Shown in pieces: positions 61,629-64,000 of a DNA stretch of 64,000 nt. The notes under the pieces were generated by a model, which did no database searches, had not been told where the DNA came from, and saw nothing but the letters and a program-made list of their open reading frames with translations. Where the stretch lies: assembly GCA_018241405.1 (NCBI GenBank), contig JAFEDY010000032.1, positions 5,725-69,724 of the forward strand, given 5' to 3'. The DNA is from Pseudomonadota bacterium (GTDB taxonomy: Bacteria > Pseudomonadota > Gammaproteobacteria > Burkholderiales > Burkholderiaceae_C). The number at the start of each line of letters is the position of its first letter. The stretch's first letter is position 1. The position numbers were made by a program, and so were the translations under genes.

Positions 61629-62510
61629 ATGTCGTTCCTCCATCCTGCGGCCAACCGTCTGAAGATTGGTCTTTCGGCCTGCTTCTTTCACGCCGATCCG
61701 GGCCGGCCGCTGTTCACCAACAAGACGCTGCAGTACGTGGAGCAGTCCATTGCGCACTGGATCATGTCGGCCGGCGCGCTGGTGGTCATGGTGCCCTGCC
61801 CCACGGGCGAAACCGCGCGCGGCGACGTCACACTGATGCACTACGCCGAGTGGCTGGACGGCGTGGTCATGCATGGCGGCGTGGATGTCTGGCCCGGCAG
61901 CTATGGCGAGGTGCCGCTCAAGGCAGACTGGCTGGGCGACCGTGTGCGCGACCTGTACGACCTGGCCGTGGTCGAGGCCTTCGAGCAGGCCGGCAAGCCC
62001 ATCTTCGGCGTCTGCCGCGGGCTGCAGCTCATCAACGTAGCCTTCGGCGGCACGCTGTACCAGGACATTGCGACCCAGCACCCCGGCGCCCTGCAACACC
62101 GCGACGCCGGCACCTATGACCAGCATGTGCACGAGGTCGACATCGTGCCCGGCACGCGCCTGGCGCGGCTCTACCCGGGGCTCACACGCGCCACCGTCAA
62201 CAGCATCCACCACCAGGGCATCAAGAGCCTGGCGCCGGGCTTCGACGTCGAGGCATGGAGCCATCCCGACGCCGTGCCCGAGGCCATACGCCGCAACGCC
62301 AGCCGCGGACGCGGCTACATCGCCGCCACGCAATGGCACCCGGAGTTCCGTTCGCGCGACGGCGTCACGCTGGACGACACGCCGCTGCTGTACGACTTTC
62401 TGGCCGCCTGCGAGCAGGCGCGCCTGCGCCCACGCCCCGGCCAGAGCCCTTTGCGCATCCGCGACCGCGCCGCTCGCCTGTTGCGCCGGGCGCTGCTGCG
62501 GCGGCGCTGA
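61629..62510 (+). CDS. class I glutamine amidotransferase / gamma-glutamyl-GABA hydrolase-like (peptidase C26)
   Basis: 293 aa; GVCRGLQLINVAFGGTL nucleophile elbow and a downstream WHPE. Confidence 0.8.
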   Translation: MSFLHPAANRLKIGLSACFFHADPGRPLFTNKTLQYVEQSIAHWIMSAGALVVMVPCPTGETARGDVTLMHYAEWLDGVVMHGGVDVWPGSYGEVPLKADWLGDRVRDLYDLAVVEAFEQAGKPIFGVCRGLQLINVAFGGTLYQDIATQHPGALQHRDAGTYDQHVHEVDIVPGTRLARLYPGLTRATVNSIHHQGIKSLAPGFDVEAWSHPDAVPEAIRRNASRGRGYIAATQWHPEFRSRDGVTLDDTPLLYDFLAACEQARLRPRPGQSPLRIRDRAARLLRRALLRRR

Positions 62511-62520
62511 TCGGCGCTGA

Positions 62521-62994
62521 TCAGTGGTGGTGCCCATGTCCGCCATGCACATGGCGGTGGGCAATCTCCTCGGCCGTGGCGGCACGCACCTCGGTCACCT
62601 TGCAGGCAAAGCGCAGCGCGTGGCCGGCCAGGGGGTGGTTGCCGTCCAGATGCACCACGGGGCCCTTGATCTTGACCACATGGAACATCTGCGGCTGCCC
62701 GTCGGCACCCGGGCCCTGCAACTGGCCACCGACCTTCACGCCGGGCGGGAATTCGCCCTTTGGAATGGTGCGCACCAGGCTCTCGTCGCGCGCGCCGAAG
62801 GCGTCTTCCACGGTCAGGTCCACCGTGGCGGCATGGCCCGCGGCCTGGCCTTCGAGGGCGGCCTCGACCTTGGGGAAGAGGTTCTCGTAGCCGCCGTGCA
62901 GATAGGCCACATGGCCGGAGTCGAGCGGCTTGCCCGTGGCCGGGTCGGTGATCTTGTAGCTGATGGTGACGGCGGTGTCTTTGGTGATGTTCAT
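62521..62994 (-). CDS. slyD: FKBP-type peptidyl-prolyl isomerase SlyD with a His-rich tail
   Basis: Start MNITKDTAVTISYKITD; C-terminus HRHVHGGHGHHH. Confidence 0.88.
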   Translation of the reverse strand: MNITKDTAVTISYKITDPATGKPLDSGHVAYLHGGYENLFPKVEAALEGQAAGHAATVDLTVEDAFGARDESLVRTIPKGEFPPGVKVGGQLQGPGADGQPQMFHVVKIKGPVVHLDGNHPLAGHALRFACKVTEVRAATAEEIAHRHVHGGHGHHH

Positions 62995-63144
62995 GGCTGG
63001 GGTACGGTGATGGCGGCGGCGCGCAAGGGCGCCACCGCGGGACAGCCCGCCATTGTCCCGCATGCGGGCGGCGTAACGAAATTGAAGGTGAATCCACCAA
63101 AAACCGTTAGCCAAACCACGCCAAAAGCTCTCATTTGGCGAGCA

Positions 63145-63621
63145 TCAAGCAACCTCACCGCTCAGCGGCAGGTAGAGTTCGGTGCGCCAGGCACTGGCGT
63201 CCGAGCCGATCTCGGGGCCGGTGATGTAGCACTCCCACTGCTCGGCGGTGCCGGCCAGGCCCTGCAGCGCGATCCAGGCGCGCAGCGCGGCCCAGGCCTG
63301 CGGCAGGTCTTCGTAACGTCCGCGGTACAGGGTGCGCGCCGCGCGCATCGCAGGCCAATGGCCCGGGTGCACCCTGCCCGCGGCGTGCACCGCGGGGTCC
63401 ACGGTCACGCCAACTTCGCAGTCGAAGCTGTCGGTCGGGCCACGCAGGTGGTGGGTGAATAGCGGGCCAATGGCCCGTGCCCCCTGGACCTTGATGCGGT
63501 CGAGCAACTCGCGCACGCCGCGGCCCATGGTGCATGGCAGTTCCTCGCGCGGGCAGCAGACACGCACCACCGCCGTGGCGCGCGCGGGGGCCATGTCGAT
63601 GATCTGCGGTACCTCGATCAT
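63145..63621 (-). CDS. GyrI-like/SRPBCC-like small-molecule-binding domain protein
   Basis: ORF 63145..63648; likely start MIEVPQIIDMAPARATAVV; weak family assignment. Confidence 0.5.
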   Translation of the reverse strand: MIEVPQIIDMAPARATAVVRVCCPREELPCTMGRGVRELLDRIKVQGARAIGPLFTHHLRGPTDSFDCEVGVTVDPAVHAAGRVHPGHWPAMRAARTLYRGRYEDLPQAWAALRAWIALQGLAGTAEQWECYITGPEIGSDASAWRTELYLPLSGEVA

Positions 63622-63737
63622 GATCGCCTCCGGTGAACGATGAAGCATGCCGGGCGGCAGTGCCCCCCGGGGCCCACGCTATCGTAGGCCGCGCATGCAC
63701 TTCCTGTCTGTAGGAGGGGACCGGATACTGGTAACCG

Positions 63738-64000
63738 TCAGCGCCGCCGCCCCAGCCACCAGCCCGCCGCCAGGCCCACGGCGCCCAGCAGGGCCACCAG
63801 GGCAGCCGCGCCGGCCATGCGCTGGCGCTGGCCGCCGTCGATGGCGGTCTGACGCGATGGGGCGAACAGGTTGCCCTCGGTCAGCGGCGCAGGTGCGGCG
63901 CGGCGCAGCCCCTGGTCGCTGAGCCAGCGCAGCGCGCGCGCCGTGCCCTGGGGCGCAATCGCATGGGCCAACCGCCCGGGCAGCGCGCCCAGGCCCAGCC
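63738..64000 (-). CDS. hypothetical protein with a C-terminal TM anchor; N-terminus probably off the window
   Basis: The frame stays open to the window edge and is GC3-rich. The track starts it at TTG 63971. It ends ...AALVALLGAVGLAAGWWLGRRR. Confidence 0.35.
   Translation of the reverse strand, partial: LGLGALPGRLAHAIAPQGTARALRWLSDQGLRRAAPAPLTEGNLFAPSRQTAIDGGQRQRMAGAAALVALLGAVGLAAGWWLGRRR

Noticed and set aside
63060-63145. AT-richer spacer between slyD and the GyrI-like gene as a repeat copy.
   Set aside because: It shares only scattered short matches (CATCAAGC) with the family and has no paired cores. It is more simply the slyD promoter region.

Overview
High-GC betaproteobacterial chromosomal core region. 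It looks Comamonadaceae-like, which I infer from the two Bug/TctC receptors, the gene content and the codon style. I call about 62 protein genes. I found no rRNA, tRNA, CRISPR array, transposase, prophage or recognisable defence genes. Content from left to right: ferredoxin-VanZ-hemJ; hemB; a CorA-family gene; a marR / outer-membrane factor / HlyD / DHA2-MFS efflux operon; dienelactone hydrolase; MarC. Next comes an Mla/MCE-type lipid ABC operon (permease, ATPase, MlaD, lipoprotein), then a GMC oxidoreductase, a TSUP permease with arginase, mrdA-mreDCB, gatCAB, a thioredoxin-TPR protein and purEK-tsaC. A cell-envelope group follows (SGNH-like lipoprotein, OmpW, lipase-like hydrolase, PBP4), then tsaB-rimI-UDG-like, corA, mtnN, fadD, pntAB, fba-pyk and pepP. 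After these lie a LysR-headed Bug / DUF35 / thiolase / CoA-transferase / Bug / enoyl-CoA hydratase operon, a MurU-like gene, tkt-gap, an HPF-family gene, a PuuD-like amidotransferase, slyD and a GyrI-like gene. The many very long Arg/Ala/Gly-rich ORFs antisense to these genes are high-GC artefacts. The main unexplained structure is a family of at least 12-13 copies of an AT-rich repeat of about 55-60 bp, built around two AAGCGCTT palindromic cores. About half the copies sit at gene ends or in intergenic spacers. The other half lie inside intact ORFs (purK, mtnN, the thioredoxin-TPR gene, the MurU-like gene, the efflux outer-membrane factor, a lipoprotein signal peptide, and a decayed copy in tsaC). 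These are read in several frames and both orientations, which recalls the Rickettsia palindromic elements. Other items worth a second look are a single 165-bp imperfect palindrome upstream of pntA, a three-way switch-like leader upstream of corA, and a 20-nt motif shared by the fadD and lipase-like gene upstream regions. Two apparent pseudo-enzymes also stand out: an SGNH fold without Ser/Asn/His, and a UDG fold without the family-4 signatures. All calls rest on my own reading of the sequence and ORF track. No searches were run.
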